Of a stretch of 53,763 bases of DNA, positions 38,899 to 48,669 are shown piece by piece. The stretch comes from an uncultured Clostridium sp. (GTDB lineage: Bacteria > Bacillota > Clostridia > Ch29): positions 1,536-55,298 of the forward strand of contig CAZGUG010000005.1 of NCBI GenBank assembly GCA_964529035.1, written 5' to 3'. The position numbers and the translations under genes are program-made. Every line of letters starts with the position of its first letter. Positions within the stretch are counted from its first letter, which is position 1. Below the pieces are notes generated by a model. The model was not told the origin of the DNA, searched no databases, and worked only from the letters and a program-made list of their open reading frames with translations.

Positions 38899-39102
38899 GT
38901 GGCAAGGAACAACAACAGGAAAGTAGTTCCCGAAGCAAGAGGAGCCCTTGACCAGATGAAGTATGAAGTTGCAGGTCAGGTAGGCGTTAACCTGAAAAAA
39001 GGATATAATGGTGACCTAACCTCCAAGGAGGCAGGCTATGTTGGAGGTTATATGGTGAAAAGGATGATCGAACAGGCGGAAAGGCAGATGGCCGGTAAGT
39101 AG
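38899..39102 (+). CDS. Alpha/beta-type small acid-soluble spore protein
   Basis: VPEARGALDQMKYEVAGQVGV...YNGDLTSKEAGYVGGYMVKRMI; AGGAGGTG RBS, GTG start. Confidence 0.95.
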   Translation: MARNNNRKVVPEARGALDQMKYEVAGQVGVNLKKGYNGDLTSKEAGYVGGYMVKRMIEQAERQMAGK

Positions 39103-39116
39103 TTCTTGATAATATA

Positions 39117-39152
39117 AAAAAAGGAAGAACCCTTAGGGTTCTTCCTTTTTTT
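39117..39152 (+). terminator. Terminator after SASP gene 2
   Basis: AAAAAAGGAAGAACCC-TTA-GGGTTCTTCCTTTTTTT. Confidence 0.85.
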
Positions 39153-39340
39153 AAAAAACAAAATAAAAGTACCGGTGAATGATACACCGGTACCGGAGGG
39201 GGTAAGTTTAATACAGGCTCTCAAGGAATTTCTTTATGGTTTCTAATAATAGATTTACCCCGACGTTGGCCTATTATTCGAAAACCTTTTGTCTAAGATT
39301 GGCTGTTGTGCTAAAATATTATAGGTGGTGGAATAAAAGG

Positions 39341-39928
39341 ATGAGGATTATCGCAGGGAATTTTAGGGGCAGAAAGCTTGTATCACCGAAAAACAGCCCT
39401 ATAAGGCCGACAAGCGACAGGGTCAAGGAAGCACTCTTCAACATGATTGGCCCCAAAATACCCGGTTCCCGTGTACTGGATTTGTTTGCCGGCACCGGCA
39501 GCCTCGGCCTTGAGGCAATAAGCAGAGGAGCGGAATATGCGGTTTTCGTTGAAAAAAACGCCGTCTCGGTCAAAACGCTTAATGAAAATATTTGGCTTCT
39601 AAATATCCGGGAAGACTGTGAAATAATAATGGCTGATGCAGTGGATGCCTTATCACGGCTTGATGCAAAGAATATTACATTTGACATTGTTTTTGTGGAT
39701 CCGCCCTATTGGGAAAATTTATATAAAAAAGTTCTTTCGGCGCTGGCAGGATATGATATTATAAAAAACGGAGGGCTTGTTATATTTGAGCACCCCTCGG
39801 ATATTGATATAGATAAAGACAAGCATTCATTCGTGCCGATAAAGAAAAAGAGATACGGCAGCACGTCAATCAGTATTCTTGCTAAGGAGGATGACAATGA
39901 AAACAGCAGTATATCCGGGCAGTTTTGA
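39341..39928 (+). CDS. rsmD: 16S rRNA m2G966 methyltransferase
   Basis: MRIIAG, RPTSDRVKEALFN, LDLFAGTGSLGLEA and DPPY motifs. Confidence 0.95.
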   Translation: MRIIAGNFRGRKLVSPKNSPIRPTSDRVKEALFNMIGPKIPGSRVLDLFAGTGSLGLEAISRGAEYAVFVEKNAVSVKTLNENIWLLNIREDCEIIMADAVDALSRLDAKNITFDIVFVDPPYWENLYKKVLSALAGYDIIKNGGLVIFEHPSDIDIDKDKHSFVPIKKKRYGSTSISILAKEDDNENSSISGQF

Positions 39929-40379
39929 CCCGATAACCTACGGGCATATTGACATTATAGACCGGGCCTCAAGGCTGTTTGACAATGTAATTGTGGCGGT
40001 TCTGAACAATCCGTCCAAGGCGCCGCTTTTCAGTGCCGCCGAGAGGATGGATATGATTAGAGAAGCCACCATCGGGCTTAAGAACGTGGAGGTGGACAGT
40101 TTTTCCGGTTTGCTTATAGATTACGTGGAAGAAAGAGAAGCCAATACGGTGCTGAAGGGTTTAAGAGCGGTTTCGGATTTCGAATACGAGCTGCAGATGG
40201 CACTTATGAACAGAAAGCTGAACAGAAACGTGGAAACGGTCTTCATGATGACCAGCAGCAGGTATTCCTTTCTGAGCTCGAGCCTGGTAAAGGAAGTTGT
40301 CAGGCTTGGGGGATGCGTGAAAGACCTTGTACCGGATTACGTCTTTGAAAGGCTTATTGAAAAGTACAAGGAGGTTTGA
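39897..40379 (+). CDS. coaD: Phosphopantetheine adenylyltransferase
   Basis: YPGSFDPITYGH, GLRAVSDFEYE and SSSLVKE motifs. Confidence 0.97.
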   Translation: MKTAVYPGSFDPITYGHIDIIDRASRLFDNVIVAVLNNPSKAPLFSAAERMDMIREATIGLKNVEVDSFSGLLIDYVEEREANTVLKGLRAVSDFEYELQMALMNRKLNRNVETVFMMTSSRYSFLSSSLVKEVVRLGGCVKDLVPDYVFERLIEKYKEV

Positions 40380-40415
40380 AAATCTGTTTAATCCAAGTAG
40401 CAAGGGGGGAGCCGG

Positions 40416-40865
40416 ATGGAGATAAGTGAGCTGTTGGACAGGCTGGAGAAGATGGTAAATGAAGGTATAACGGTGCCATTTTCAGATAAAACGGTGGTTG
40501 ACAGGGAGAAGGTTCTTGGAATAATAGACTCAATCAGGGATATACTGCCGGAAGAAATTAAGCAGGCCAATTGGATAAAGGAAGAGAGAAACAGAATACT
40601 TATTGAAGCGCAAAAGGAAGCGGATCTTATGATTAAAGAGACTGAAGAGCTCATAAAAAGCATGGTGGAAGAAAGCGAGGTCACCAGGCGCGCCTATATG
40701 CAGGGCGAGGAAATAATACAAAACGCTAAAAAAAATGCCCGGGAAATAAGGGTCGGTACAAAGGAGTATGCGGACAACCTGCTTGCCGAGCTTGGGAAGC
40801 AGCTTAAGGAATATATAGAGCTGATTGAAAAGAACAGGGAAGAGATAAAAAACCTGAGAAGCTGA
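40416..40865 (+). CDS. Conserved coiled-coil hypothetical protein (typical downstream of coaD in clostridia)
   Basis: VPFS...LPEEIKQA...AQKEAD...GTKEYADNLL; helical and charged; G-rich RBS. Confidence 0.8.
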   Translation: MEISELLDRLEKMVNEGITVPFSDKTVVDREKVLGIIDSIRDILPEEIKQANWIKEERNRILIEAQKEADLMIKETEELIKSMVEESEVTRRAYMQGEEIIQNAKKNAREIRVGTKEYADNLLAELGKQLKEYIELIEKNREEIKNLRS

Positions 40866-40870
40866 ACTTG

Positions 40871-42187
40871 TCAGCTTTTCCTGATACGAAATCCTGCAAC
40901 GGATACAAAAAGTCTGCATATGAATACAGCGGAAAGTATGAACAGCATTGTAAAGGCAAAGATTTTTGCGGAAGCCGAAAGACAGCGGGAAAAGCCAAGG
41001 ACAGGAGGCATACCGGGTTCGGTAAAGATTACGTCCAGGGATGCTCCCGAAAGTACAATCCTGCCCAAAAGGAGTGACGCCAAACATGAAAGGACGCCGT
41101 GGACCAGTTTGAAAAGCATATAGACCGCCGGGTTCAAATCGGTTCTGCTGATAAAGCTGATTGCCTGGGCGTGTATGGAAAACCCGCTCCATCCGATAAT
41201 AAGACTGGCCGAGGCAATTACATATATCAGGGGTAGGGCTCCCACCATCGAAATAAGCTTGCTGCCTATTGTGATTTCCAGCATTCCGCTTAAAACAGGC
41301 TGTACCAGGCCGGAGGGCAGTGATGTACCGTCAAGCACGGCTTCAATGGGACGCGCAAGGTACTGCAGAGCCCCGGTGGTATAAAGCAGCCGAATAACCA
41401 CAGAGAACATTATTATAAACCCGCCTACTATAAGAAGGGTATTTATGCTTTCTCTGACTGCGTCTCCGAGCAGTGTGCCTATCGACCTTCCATCCTTTGT
41501 TCTTTTTTTGAGCATGGCTTCCAGCGCCTTTTTCATGCTTGGCATTTTAACATTGGAAGAATATGTTTTTTCGTTATCCCTTATAAACAGGGCTGCCAGA
41601 ATACCCGTTGCAATGGCGGCCAGGTAATGGGACAGGGCTATTATGGTACCCGCCGGCCGGCTGCCGAACATTCCAATTGAGACTGCCCCTATCATGAATA
41701 GCGGTCCCGAGGTACTGCAGAAGGCAAGCATTCTCTGCCCCTCGGATTTTGTACACATACCGCTTTCCCTGAGATTGCAGGTTAGTTTTACGCCCACCGG
41801 GTAACCCGAAGTAATACTCATAATAAAGACTAGGGCGGATAATCCCGGAGTTTTAAAAACCGGGCGCATAACGGGTTCCAGAATGGCACCGGCAAAATCA
41901 ACAACCCCAAGGCCAATAAGCAGCTCGGCACCGATAAAAAATGGCAGCAGCGCAGGCAGCACCACGTTAATCCAGGTATCTACACCCTCCACGGCGGCCT
42001 CATAGCATTCCTCGGGAAAAAAAATCAGGCTCATAACAAAAATACTGACTGTGAGGGCAGCTATAAAATGGATTAGTTCATGTTTTTTTGTTTTTAGCAG
42101 TCCCTGATAAGATATTTTTATATACAATAGGGTAATTACAACTGTAGTGATAATTAAGGCCGTGTAGAGAAACCGGATATTTGGCAT
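40871..42187 (-). CDS. ylbJ: Sporulation integral membrane protein YlbJ (SpoVV-like)
   Basis: VLPALLPFF, SGYPVG, SGPLFMIGAV, GGFIIMFSV, EITIG and GWSGFSIHAQ motifs; synteny with coaD/ylbK/ylbM. Confidence 0.9.
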   Translation of the reverse strand: MPNIRFLYTALIITTVVITLLYIKISYQGLLKTKKHELIHFIAALTVSIFVMSLIFFPEECYEAAVEGVDTWINVVLPALLPFFIGAELLIGLGVVDFAGAILEPVMRPVFKTPGLSALVFIMSITSGYPVGVKLTCNLRESGMCTKSEGQRMLAFCSTSGPLFMIGAVSIGMFGSRPAGTIIALSHYLAAIATGILAALFIRDNEKTYSSNVKMPSMKKALEAMLKKRTKDGRSIGTLLGDAVRESINTLLIVGGFIIMFSVVIRLLYTTGALQYLARPIEAVLDGTSLPSGLVQPVLSGMLEITIGSKLISMVGALPLIYVIASASLIIGWSGFSIHAQAISFISRTDLNPAVYMLFKLVHGVLSCLASLLLGRIVLSGASLDVIFTEPGMPPVLGFSRCLSASAKIFAFTMLFILSAVFICRLFVSVAGFRIRKS

Positions 42188-42271
42188 AAAAAGTTCTCCT
42201 AAAATAATTTGATTATTAATTCAATATATTTGAAAAGGCACAATAATATGAATAACGCGGGAGGTAATCCT

Positions 42272-43096
42272 ATGAAGCAAAAAAAGCTCGGCCTGGCGTT
42301 AGGCTCGGGAGCTGCCCGGGGATTTGCCCATTTGGGTGTACTGCAGGCATTTGAGGAAAAGGGTATAAGGATTGACTGTATTTCCGGGTGCAGCATCGGC
42401 TCGCTTATAGGAGCCCTGTACTGCTGCGGCATGCCGGTTTTGGAGATAATGGATATGGCCCTGGAACTGGTGCCCTGGGAATGGATAGATATTTCAATGC
42501 CAAAAACAGGCCTGATACAGGGGCGGCGGCTGGAACAGCTGATTAAAAAACATACCGGCGGAAAAAGATTTGAAGATTTGAAAAAACCCTTCGCGGTGGT
42601 TGCAGCCGACCTGTCAACCGGTAAAAGGGTAGTACTGAACAAGGGTTATGTATACAAAGCGGTAAGGGCAAGCGTAGCAATACCGGGGATAATTGCGCCG
42701 CTGGAACTGGAGGGTAAAATTCTTGCCGATGGAGGGCTGGTGGACCCTGTTCCGGTAGACCTTGTGAAGGAAATGGGTGCAGGATATACCGTGGGGGTCA
42801 ATTTGGGCTCTTGGATTGAAGAAAAAAAAATGAAAAGCATATACGATGTAATTATACAGAGCATCGATATACTGCAAAACGAAATATTGATGCTTAGGGG
42901 AATAGAAGCCGATCTTATTATCAGCCCTTACCTTAAGGATATAAACCCGGTCACCTTCAACCAGGTGGAGGAATGCGTTGCTGCCGGAAGGAAAGCCGCC
43001 CTTGGGGTGATTGATGAGCTGCGCTCGGGCCTGGAAGCTACAGGTAAACGGGGCTGGTTACAAAATCTTGTCCAGCGAAAGCAAAATCACCGTTAG
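42272..43096 (+). CDS. Patatin-like phospholipase (YlbK-like)
   Basis: GSGAARGFAHLG, GCSIG nucleophile elbow and DGG motifs; GGAGGT RBS. Confidence 0.92.
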   Translation: MKQKKLGLALGSGAARGFAHLGVLQAFEEKGIRIDCISGCSIGSLIGALYCCGMPVLEIMDMALELVPWEWIDISMPKTGLIQGRRLEQLIKKHTGGKRFEDLKKPFAVVAADLSTGKRVVLNKGYVYKAVRASVAIPGIIAPLELEGKILADGGLVDPVPVDLVKEMGAGYTVGVNLGSWIEEKKMKSIYDVIIQSIDILQNEILMLRGIEADLIISPYLKDINPVTFNQVEECVAAGRKAALGVIDELRSGLEATGKRGWLQNLVQRKQNHR

Positions 43097-44282
43097 AATA
43101 TCCCAGAACATACAGGTCGGTGGACAGGATGTCTTTTCTGAGCATATTGATAAACGGACTGTTCTTTTCAAAGCCGTGGTTGGATGTCTTGGTTATGACC
43201 GGGATCCGCGACCGGGTGTTTGCTTCTTTAAGAATTTCCCTGCCCCTCGTATTGAGGGCCAGAACCCTTGCATAGCACGGATATCCAAAGTGTTCAAGCC
43301 GTTCAAGCATGTTCCGGTGAATATCCAGTGCAATATAAGCCGTTATTCTTCTGAGCCGAGTGTGGGTATAGCGTTTTGTCTTAGCCTGGAGCAGCAAATC
43401 CGGTATGGTTGCATTTTCCCTGGCAGCTCTATAAATCCTGTTTTCAAGGCCCTCGGCAACCTCGGGAAATTTTTTCAGGTCCCTGGCTCCAAGCTTCCTT
43501 ATCCCGGATATTACCGGCAGGTCTAAAATATCGCTGCATACAGGTCCCCTGCCCATGGCAAATTCACGTCTGAGTATACCCAACGTGGTTTCCGGCATAG
43601 CTCTTGATACTCTTGCGGTTACCACACCGGTCTTTAAAAGATGACTGCGTATTGCCGATGCGCTTGCCACCTTGTTTATTATTGAAGACGAGTGATAAGA
43701 GGAGGCATATCTTTTGACGGTTACCGGGTAAATTCCGCTTTTCAGCCGTTTTAACGCCTTTAGATATTCAACCGCCAGTATATTGTTCGGAGATGCAAGC
43801 AGCTTACTAAAGCCGTGGGATGGATTTCCCGGGCATTTTTCCAAGGCCAGGGCCCTCGCAGAGGGGAAACTCAGGCCCTTGGACAGGAAATATCTCAACT
43901 GGTGCTTAAATACTTCGGGCTCTTCCGCCAGCACATCTGAAACCCGCTGCAGTTGGCTTAGGCTTCCGGATTCACTTCCGAAACTGATACAGTCCACCAC
44001 GCCAATTCCGTTAAGCAGGTTTACAGCACCCATGGCAAAGGCTTCCGCGCTGCGGCAGGCATATACCACCGGCAGTTCAAGTACCAGGTCAACCCCGGCC
44101 TTAACAGCCATTTCTGCCCGTGCCCATTTGTTTACTATGGATAGGTCCCCCCTCTGCATGAAACTGCCGCTCATTACGGCTACTGAATGGGTCGCACCGG
44201 TTATTTTAATTGATTCTTCAAGATGATACGAATGGCCGTTGTGAAACGGGTTGTATTCGGCAACTATTCCCAGCACTTTCAA
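43038..44282 (-). CDS. tmcAL: tRNA(Met) cytidine acetate ligase TmcAL (YlbM)
   Basis: GIVAEYNPFHNGH, MSGSFMQRG, FGSESG, PNNILAVEY, SASAIR and EGLENR motifs. Confidence 0.92.
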   Translation of the reverse strand: MKVLGIVAEYNPFHNGHSYHLEESIKITGATHSVAVMSGSFMQRGDLSIVNKWARAEMAVKAGVDLVLELPVVYACRSAEAFAMGAVNLLNGIGVVDCISFGSESGSLSQLQRVSDVLAEEPEVFKHQLRYFLSKGLSFPSARALALEKCPGNPSHGFSKLLASPNNILAVEYLKALKRLKSGIYPVTVKRYASSYHSSSIINKVASASAIRSHLLKTGVVTARVSRAMPETTLGILRREFAMGRGPVCSDILDLPVISGIRKLGARDLKKFPEVAEGLENRIYRAARENATIPDLLLQAKTKRYTHTRLRRITAYIALDIHRNMLERLEHFGYPCYARVLALNTRGREILKEANTRSRIPVITKTSNHGFEKNSPFINMLRKDILSTDLYVLGYSNGDFAFAGQDFVTSPVYL

Positions 44283-44369
44283 AGCCTTTACCTCCTAACG
44301 GTGTGTCCCCCGACCTTATTAAAAGCGGTGTATCCCCATACTATTATATATATTATTTTGGGCTTTTTG

Positions 44370-44396
44370 GCAGGATATTTATAAAAAATGAAGAAA
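44370..44396 (+). promoter_or_regulatory. Putative sigma-H promoter of ackA
   Basis: GCAGGATAT-11 nt-GAAGAAA (one mismatch in -10). Confidence 0.45.
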
Positions 44397-44440
44397 TTTA
44401 TATAAGTTTGATTAAATGAACCTATAGGGGAGGATAAAAA

Positions 44441-45640
44441 ATGAAAGTATTGGTTGTAAACTGCGGCAGTTCATCCGTAAAGTATCAGCTGCTGAACATG
44501 GAAGATGAGAGTGTAATGGCCCGTGGACTGGCTGAAAGAATAGGTTTGGAAGGGTCCAGGCTGAAGCATGAGGTTAAGGGCAGAGGAGAAGTGGTAATAG
44601 ACAGTGAAATGCCAAATCATAAGGCTGCGCTGAAAGTTATAACAGATGTACTTGTGGACGAAGAAAACGGGGTAATCAAGGATACCAGTGAAATTACGGC
44701 AGTAGGACACAGGGTTGTACATGGCGGAGAGAAGTTCTCGGGTTCGGTTAGAATAACCGGTGAGGTTATGGACACGCTGAGGGAGTGTGCGGATTTGGCA
44801 CCGCTTCATAACCCCCCCAATATAATGGGAATAGAAGCCTGCCAGCAATTAATGCCGGGAACTCCAATGGCCGGAACCTTTGATACGGCTTTTCATCATA
44901 CCATACCCGATTATGCATATATTTATCCCATTCCTTACGAATACTATGAGAAGTATGGTGTAAGGAAGTACGGATTCCACGGGACTTCACACAAATATGT
45001 GGCCGAAAGGGCTGCACAAATAGTGGGTGTGCCGCTGGAAGAACTAAAGATAATAACCTGCCATCTGGGCAATGGTGCGAGCATAACTGCCGTTAACGGT
45101 GGAAAATCCGTAGAAACCAGTATGGGTTTCACTCCCCTCGAGGGCCTTGCCATGGGTACCCGCTGCGGCAGCATAGATCCGGCTATAATTGCATTTATAA
45201 TGGAAAAAGAGAATATGACGGTGGAAGAAGTAAATAATATACTGAACAAGCACTCCGGGGTATCGGGATTATCCGGTATAAGCAGTGACTTCAGGGATCT
45301 GGAAAAGGCTGCTTCAGAGGGCAAAAAGAGGGCCAGGCTGGCGATTGACGTATTTGCGTACAAGGTCAAAAAATTCATAGGCTCCTATTCAGCAGTTATG
45401 AACGGGGTGGATGTCTTGGTGTTCACAGCAGGACTTGGTGAGAACTCTGTTTCAATGAGGGAAAAAATCTGCAGCGGTTTGGAATACCTTGGACTTGAAC
45501 TGGATACCGATGCCAACAATATAAGGGGTAAGGAAACCATAATTACCAAACCCCACTGCAGGGTGAAGGCAGTGGTTGTTCCTACAAACGAAGAGCTAAT
45601 GATTGCCAGGGATACGGTTAGAGTTTTAAACGGCCAATAA
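44441..45640 (+). CDS. ackA: Acetate kinase
   Basis: [42 protein letters not shown] and PTNEE motifs. Confidence 0.97.
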   Translation: MKVLVVNCGSSSVKYQLLNMEDESVMARGLAERIGLEGSRLKHEVKGRGEVVIDSEMPNHKAALKVITDVLVDEENGVIKDTSEITAVGHRVVHGGEKFSGSVRITGEVMDTLRECADLAPLHNPPNIMGIEACQQLMPGTPMAGTFDTAFHHTIPDYAYIYPIPYEYYEKYGVRKYGFHGTSHKYVAERAAQIVGVPLEELKIITCHLGNGASITAVNGGKSVETSMGFTPLEGLAMGTRCGSIDPAIIAFIMEKENMTVEEVNNILNKHSGVSGLSGISSDFRDLEKAASEGKKRARLAIDVFAYKVKKFIGSYSAVMNGVDVLVFTAGLGENSVSMREKICSGLEYLGLELDTDANNIRGKETIITKPHCRVKAVVVPTNEELMIARDTVRVLNGQ

Positions 45641-45642
45641 CC

Positions 45643-45671
45643 TTGACAAATATTATTTCACTTTGTATAAT
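45643..45671 (+). promoter_or_regulatory. Consensus sigma-A promoter of yceD-rpmF
   Basis: TTGACA-17 nt-TATAAT. Confidence 0.88.
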
Positions 45672-45701
45672 TAACTCTGTTGATTATGGAGTGTGTTGGA
45701 A

Positions 45702-45921
45702 ATGATAATACAGGGCAGCCGGCCGTGACAGGATAGACCTGCACAAGCCGGTTGTGGAAAGCATACTTCTTGAGCTTCCAATAAAGGTTGTATGCAGTGA
45801 AGAATGCAAAGGACTTTGCCCGGTGTGCGGTTCAAACAGAAATTTAAAAGAGTGCGGCTGCAGCCGGGATGAAATAGATCCGAGGATGCTGGCATTAAAA
45901 GAATTGCTGAAAGAGAAGTGA
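45702..45921 (+). pseudogene. yceD: Truncated, frameshifted YceD (DUF177) gene
   Basis: 45727-45921 encodes DRIDLHKPVVESILLELPIKVVCSEECKGLCPVCGSNRNLKECGCSRDEIDPRMLALKELLKEK (YceD C-terminal half); in-frame TAA at 45706; RBS-associated ATG 45702 is in another frame and stops after 8 codons. Confidence 0.8.
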
Positions 45922-45939
45922 GTGCAGGGAGGTGTTGAT

Positions 45940-46116
45940 ATGGCAGTACCCAAACGGAAGATTTCGAAATCGAGAAGGAACAAAAGATTGTCCCAGTGGA
46001 AACTCAAAAAGCCCGGCCTTGCCGAATGCCCTCAGTGTCACGAACTTATGATGCCCCACAGGGTATGCAGGTCCTGTGGTTATTATAAGGGCAGGGAAAT
46101 GGTTGAAACGGAATAA
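45940..46116 (+). CDS. rpmF: 50S ribosomal protein L32 (Cys-containing form)
   Basis: MAVPKRKISKSRR...CPQC...PHRVCRSCGYYKG; GGAGGTG RBS. Confidence 0.97.
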   Translation: MAVPKRKISKSRRNKRLSQWKLKKPGLAECPQCHELMMPHRVCRSCGYYKGREMVETE

Positions 46117-46124
46117 ATGAACGG

Positions 46125-46168
46125 AATAAGAAGCCTGCGGTGGGTTTGTACCGCAGGCTTCTGTTATT
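46125..46168. terminator. Terminator between convergent rpmF and TRAP permease
   Basis: AGAAGCCTGCGGT-loop-ACCGCAGGCTTCT. Confidence 0.8.
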
Positions 46169-48163
46169 CTATGCGTATTGTTTTCCCGATTTTCGCTTTA
46201 CACGGTTTGTCTGCAGAATCCAAATTCCCGACAATACCGTAATACCGAAGATATCCGAATAAATGCCCGGAATAATCAGCGTAAGACCCGCTGCGAAGAA
46301 CAGGATTCTTTCGTACCATTTATTATTCGTAACAAAATAGTTGGTGGTTGAAGCGCCTATACAAATCATGCCGATTATAGCCGTGACTATTGCCAGGGCA
46401 ACACTGATGGTAAACGCCATTGTTGATACGCCTTCGGGTCTTATCAATACCAGGATGGGAGAAAGCGCAAATATATACGGTACCAGGTAAGCGGCGAACC
46501 CCAGCTTGAAGGCTTCAAAGCCGGTTTTCAGCGGGTCAGACTTGGCTATACCAGACCCTGCGAAGGCGGCCAGTGCCACCGGAGGGGTAATGTCGGCCAC
46601 AATTCCGAAATAGAAAACAAAAAGGTGGGCTGCCAGTTGGGGTACCCCCAGCGCCATTAATGCAGGGGCGGAAACCGTTGCCTGGATTATGTAGTTTGCC
46701 GTCGTTGGTACTCCCATGCCTAAAATCAGGGATCCAATCATTGTGAAAAGCATAGTGAGGTAAATATTGCCGCCTGCAAGCCTCACAAGTCCTCCGGACA
46801 TTTTCATGCCCAAACCGGTCAGCGTGATAATACCAACAATTATTCCGGCAGTGGCACAGGCCACCACAACAGGAAGAGCAGACCTGGCCCCTTCTTCCAG
46901 TCCCTCCACTATCTTTTTAAAAGACATGCGGGTCTCCTTCAGTATCATTGATACCGCTATGCATAAAATAATTGCATAAAACGCTGCCATCATAGCCGTG
47001 TAACCCTTTACAAGCAGGTATATGATTCCTACTATCGGTGTGGCAAGGAACCATTTTTTCCTGAGCAGCTGCTTCCAATCCGGCAGCCTGTTTTTTGGAA
47101 TGCCCAGCAAACCGGTTTTCTTGGCCTCAAGGTGTACCGTAATAAATATTCCGGTGAAATAAAGAACTGCCGGTATTGCTGCTGAAAGAGCAATTGTAAT
47201 ATAGGGCGTGTTTAGAAACTCCACCATAATAAAAGCTGCGGCACCCATTATTGGCGGCATCAACTGTCCGCCGGTTGAGGCGGCCGCTTCAACGGCGCCG
47301 GCAAACTCGCTGCGATAGCCGATGCTTTTCATAAGGGGGATGGTAACCGATCCGGTACCTACCGTATTGGCAACAGAACTGCCGGATACGGTACCCTGGG
47401 CGGCACTTGCAATTACAGCCGCTTTGGCGGGTCCGCCGGTAGAACTGCCGGTTAAACCCACTGCCAGTTCGGTCAACCAGTCACCGATACCGGTTTTCTT
47501 TAAAAAGGTTGCAAACAGCATGAACAGAAAAATAAATGTGGATGAAACCTGAATCGGTATTCCCAGGATTCCTTCGGTACTCAGCCACTGGAAAACGGCT
47601 ATCCTTTTTATGGAAAGGCCGGGATGGGCCATAAAGGATGGGAAGTAGTTGCCAAAATATGCGTACAGAAGAAAGAAGGTTGCCAGCGAGATAATAACCG
47701 GTCCCGCCATTCTTCTGGTAGCTTCAATAATTAATAAAACCGCTATAAAGCTTACTACCATGTCCAGGTTGTTATACACTCCTGCACGCCAAACCAGTTC
47801 CTTGTAGTATATTACATGGTAGGCGGCAACCGAAAAGCTCAAAAAAGCCAGTACAAAGTCGTACCAGGGTACCTTATTGCTTTTACTGCCCCTCCTTGCA
47901 GGATAAAGAATAAAGATTAAAACCAGGGCTACACCCACATGGGGAGCCCTCTGCAGGGTAGATGGGAAAACCCCGAAGGCAGCAGTGTATAAATGAGCCA
48001 ATGACCAGACAACCGCCAGTATAAAGACAAATTTGGCTAACGGTCCCTTTAACCTCCGGAAGGCAAACTCCCGGTCATACTTTGCAAGGATTTTCTCGGA
48101 TTCTTTTTCGTCTATCCTTATATCATCCTTTATGAGGTTGTCCTCATTTTGCCTTTCCGCCAT
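46169..48163 (-). CDS. TAXI-type TRAP transporter fused 4TM/12TM permease
   Basis: EGILGIP, GGPAKAAV, SGSSVAN, EAAASTGGQLMPPIMGAAAF, GMGVPTTANY and ADITPPVALAA motifs. Confidence 0.94.
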   Translation of the reverse strand: MAERQNEDNLIKDDIRIDEKESEKILAKYDREFAFRRLKGPLAKFVFILAVVWSLAHLYTAAFGVFPSTLQRAPHVGVALVLIFILYPARRGSKSNKVPWYDFVLAFLSFSVAAYHVIYYKELVWRAGVYNNLDMVVSFIAVLLIIEATRRMAGPVIISLATFFLLYAYFGNYFPSFMAHPGLSIKRIAVFQWLSTEGILGIPIQVSSTFIFLFMLFATFLKKTGIGDWLTELAVGLTGSSTGGPAKAAVIASAAQGTVSGSSVANTVGTGSVTIPLMKSIGYRSEFAGAVEAAASTGGQLMPPIMGAAAFIMVEFLNTPYITIALSAAIPAVLYFTGIFITVHLEAKKTGLLGIPKNRLPDWKQLLRKKWFLATPIVGIIYLLVKGYTAMMAAFYAIILCIAVSMILKETRMSFKKIVEGLEEGARSALPVVVACATAGIIVGIITLTGLGMKMSGGLVRLAGGNIYLTMLFTMIGSLILGMGVPTTANYIIQATVSAPALMALGVPQLAAHLFVFYFGIVADITPPVALAAFAGSGIAKSDPLKTGFEAFKLGFAAYLVPYIFALSPILVLIRPEGVSTMAFTISVALAIVTAIIGMICIGASTTNYFVTNNKWYERILFFAAGLTLIIPGIYSDIFGITVLSGIWILQTNRVKRKSGKQYA

Positions 48164-48669
48164 ATTTCTACCTCCTCAATTAAGAATTGGCCAAAGGTTT
48201 TTCTATTAAGCCCTATATGAACATACCCGCCCGGCCGATATATATCCCGAAGTGATGTTGATTTGCCGTTGTAAACAAGCGTATGATCCGCTGTAACAGC
48301 GCCTATGGTCACAGGTACCCTGTCAAACACCAGTTCATAACCCAAAACGTTGTATTTTCCATGCTCAATAACCCAGTACTGATTAAATTCGGGACGGGCA
48401 GGCAAATTGGGACCGAATTCATCAAAGGTCATTTTTATCATGGGAATCCTGCCGGGGGCTTCAAGCCTGTATGTTTCGATTACCGGCTGCAGTGTCACAG
48501 AATGTGTCCATTGGACATCAAAAAGGTCACCGGCTTCGGCTCTCTGCTGGTATACCAGGTTTTCCGAACCGTCAACCCTTACTTCCAGGACGAAAACCGG
48601 CAGCATAAAAGCTGTAAGCAGCAGGACTGTTGTTATAATAAATGCATGCATTACATAGTTTTTTTTCAA
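48130..48669 (-). CDS. DUF1850-like TAXI-associated protein
   Basis: WTHSV...ETY...FGPNLP pattern, N-terminal hydrophobic helix, located between TAXI receptor and permease; start codon uncertain. Confidence 0.8.
   Translation of the reverse strand: MKKNYVMHAFIITTVLLLTAFMLPVFVLEVRVDGSENLVYQQRAEAGDLFDVQWTHSVTLQPVIETYRLEAPGRIPMIKMTFDEFGPNLPARPEFNQYWVIEHGKYNVLGYELVFDRVPVTIGAVTADHTLVYNGKSTSLRDIYRPGGYVHIGLNRKTFGQFLIEEVEIWRKGKMRTTS

Noticed and set aside
39169-39193. Inverted repeat GTACCGGTG-N7-CACCGGTAC upstream of rsmD
   Set aside because: Single copy, no U-tail, no recognisable operator; cannot assign a function
43038-43096. 59-bp convergent overlap of patatin and tmcAL 3' ends
   Set aside because: Both proteins look complete; short tail-to-tail overlaps are common
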